The notes below the pieces were generated by a model. The model was not told where the DNA came from. It saw only the letters and a list, made by a program, of their open reading frames with translations, and searched no databases. Shown here piece after piece: positions 61,827 to 64,000 of a stretch of DNA of 64,000 nt. The stretch lies in the NCBI RefSeq assembly GCF_009914755.1, contig NC_060939.1, one strand, 5' to 3'. The first letter of the stretch is position 1. Every line of letters begins with the position of its first letter. The DNA is from the human T2T-CHM13v2.0 reference genome, Homo sapiens. The translations under genes were made by a program, and so were the position numbers.

Positions 61827-63970
61827 TTATATATGATATATGTTATATGTTATGTAATATGCTTTATATGTAATATATAACCTCATATATATTATATGTC
61901 ATAATATATAATAGTTATCCTGTGTCATATTATATATATTATATATTTCATAACATATATAATATATAATACATATTATACATCTTATATATGAAAATAT
62001 GTAATTAGAGATAAAATAACATATAGTTATATATAATATGATATATAACATATATACTATATCATATATGATATATAATATATTTTTATTGCATATTATA
62101 ATTCATATATATTATAATTTATATAATGATATAATTATTTATATAATATAAATAATTATACATGATTATATAATTATATATAATATAAATAATAATATAT
62201 ATAATTACATATTCATATCGTTATATATAATAATACATTTCATATGTAATTATATATATCATATAATAGACAACACACCTAATATATAATATATAATATA
62301 TATTATACAATATAGGATACATAATATGTATGATATATAAGATATCATAATATAATATATATTTTAACATTATGTATGTAACATGTAATATGTGATATAT
62401 AAAATAAATTATGTAATATAAAATAATATAATATAATATATACTATATTAAGGTATATTATGTAAAGTATGTAATAAAATTATAAGTAACATAATATATA
62501 GTTGTATATATTATCTTATGTATTTACATAGAGTATTATACAGTTATATATAATTTTAAATTGTTATATATAATTTAATATAAAACAAATATAATATATA
62601 TCATAACATATATATTGTATACCATATATATATTATGTATCATATATTGTATGTTATATATTATATATTCTATATCATATATCATATATTATGTGTTATA
62701 TGTATCACATTCCACATTTTGTATATTATAAATTATATAAAATATATGACATGTATTATATTATATATAATAAATTATACATTATATGTAACATAGCATA
62801 TATTATATGTAACATGTATATTCTATGTAAAATATATAATATATAACATATTACATATAATTAATAACATAGACATATAATATATATTTAACATATGTAC
62901 TATATATACAACGTATTATACATATACTATATAATATATATTATATATATGGCATAAAATATAATATATATTATATGTCATATTTTATATATACAATTAT
63001 ATATTATTATATGTTATTTTATATTATCTATAACATAGATATAATATATATACCTATAATGTATATTACATATAACGTAGATATTATATATAATATATAT
63101 AATGTATATTATATATAACGTAGATATTATATATAATATATATAATGTATATTATATATTTAATACGTATACTAACCATATAATATATTCTATATATGAT
63201 ATATAATATATATTATATATGTCATAAAATATAATATATATTATATGTCATTGTATAAATATAATACTTATATATTATCAATTATTATATTACATTTAAT
63301 ATATATAATATAAGATGCAGGATGTGAAACAATATTATATATATGTTATTTATATTATATATATGATACTATATATTATTGTATACATAATGTGTATATA
63401 TATTTGTGGGTGCCCTATTTCCCATCTCATAACTTGTTTTAAGAAGCGCAGCATAATAATGTGTGGGCTTGGGATTCAGTTTTTGAAACAAAACACTGAG
63501 CCTTCAATGACCTTTCGGTCTATGTAGAAGCGCTCCTGTCTTCGTGGCAGCAGTTGGACCTCACAATGTGGATTGTGCCGTCACCCTGCAATGTTTATGC
63601 CCTATCGCCATGGTGACGGGATTAGGGATCTCCTGCTCTTGGTCCTAAAGGCCACTGTCTGTGCTGTGTTTTTCAAAGGTCAGCACAGAGTGAACCTTTG
63701 TGGTTTTATTTTCCCTGAGTTTGATTTTTCTCATGGGGAACCTGTGGTGCTGCTTTGAAGGTATATTCATACTGGCCTTTCAAATGCCAACTCTTCAAAT
63801 TACTAGTTAATGCTTTCAAAGTATGTTATTTCAAAAATTATCCTCCGTATTTTCCATATGCAGTTATAAATATGTTTCATGGTTATGTTTCATTCCTCAG
63901 TTTATATATTTGATTATTGTACCAAGCAGAGTACCTTTGAAATTTTTTTTCATCTAAAAAATATGTAAAT

Positions 63971-64000
63971 TAGCTCAGGCCTGTAATCCCAGCAAATTTG
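63971..64000 (+). mobile_element. Start of truncated Alu (U27), cut by window end
   Basis: TAGCTCAGGCCTGTAATCCCAGCAAATTTG. Confidence 0.9.

Overview
The whole 64 kb window is a head-to-tail tandem array of a ~2.44 kb monomer: 26 complete copies (2432-2482 bp) plus a partial 27th, all in the same orientation and nearly identical. Each monomer has three parts: (i) a ~0.57 kb moderately GC-rich non-Alu segment (HSATI-type), (ii) a 5'-truncated, heavily decayed ~290 bp Alu ending in an A9 tail, and (iii) ~1.58 kb of degenerate AT-rich simple repeat. This is the known architecture of primate satellite HSat1B/DYZ2, and a long homogeneous array of it most likely comes from human Yq12 heterochromatin (acrocentric short arms carry related but typically shorter, more diverged arrays). 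There are no credible protein-coding genes, RNA genes or CRISPR arrays: the ORF track is made of chance ORFs repeated once per monomer. I do not see an undescribed biological system. The interesting signal lies in array evolution (variant blocks, chimeric units, conversion-like tracts, internal VNTRs) and in motifs multiplied by the array (paired AAAGGTCA nuclear-receptor elements, Alu Pol III boxes). Monomer starts (ATGTAGAAGC), called U1-U27: 1, 2437, 4874, 7311, 9748, 12187, 14626, 17062, 19535, 21972, 24408, 26845, 29327, 31764, 34201, 36641, 39081, 41514, 43947, 46380, 48820, 51260, 53692, 56169, 58646, 61086, 63522. All unit comparisons were made by eye, not by computed alignment.
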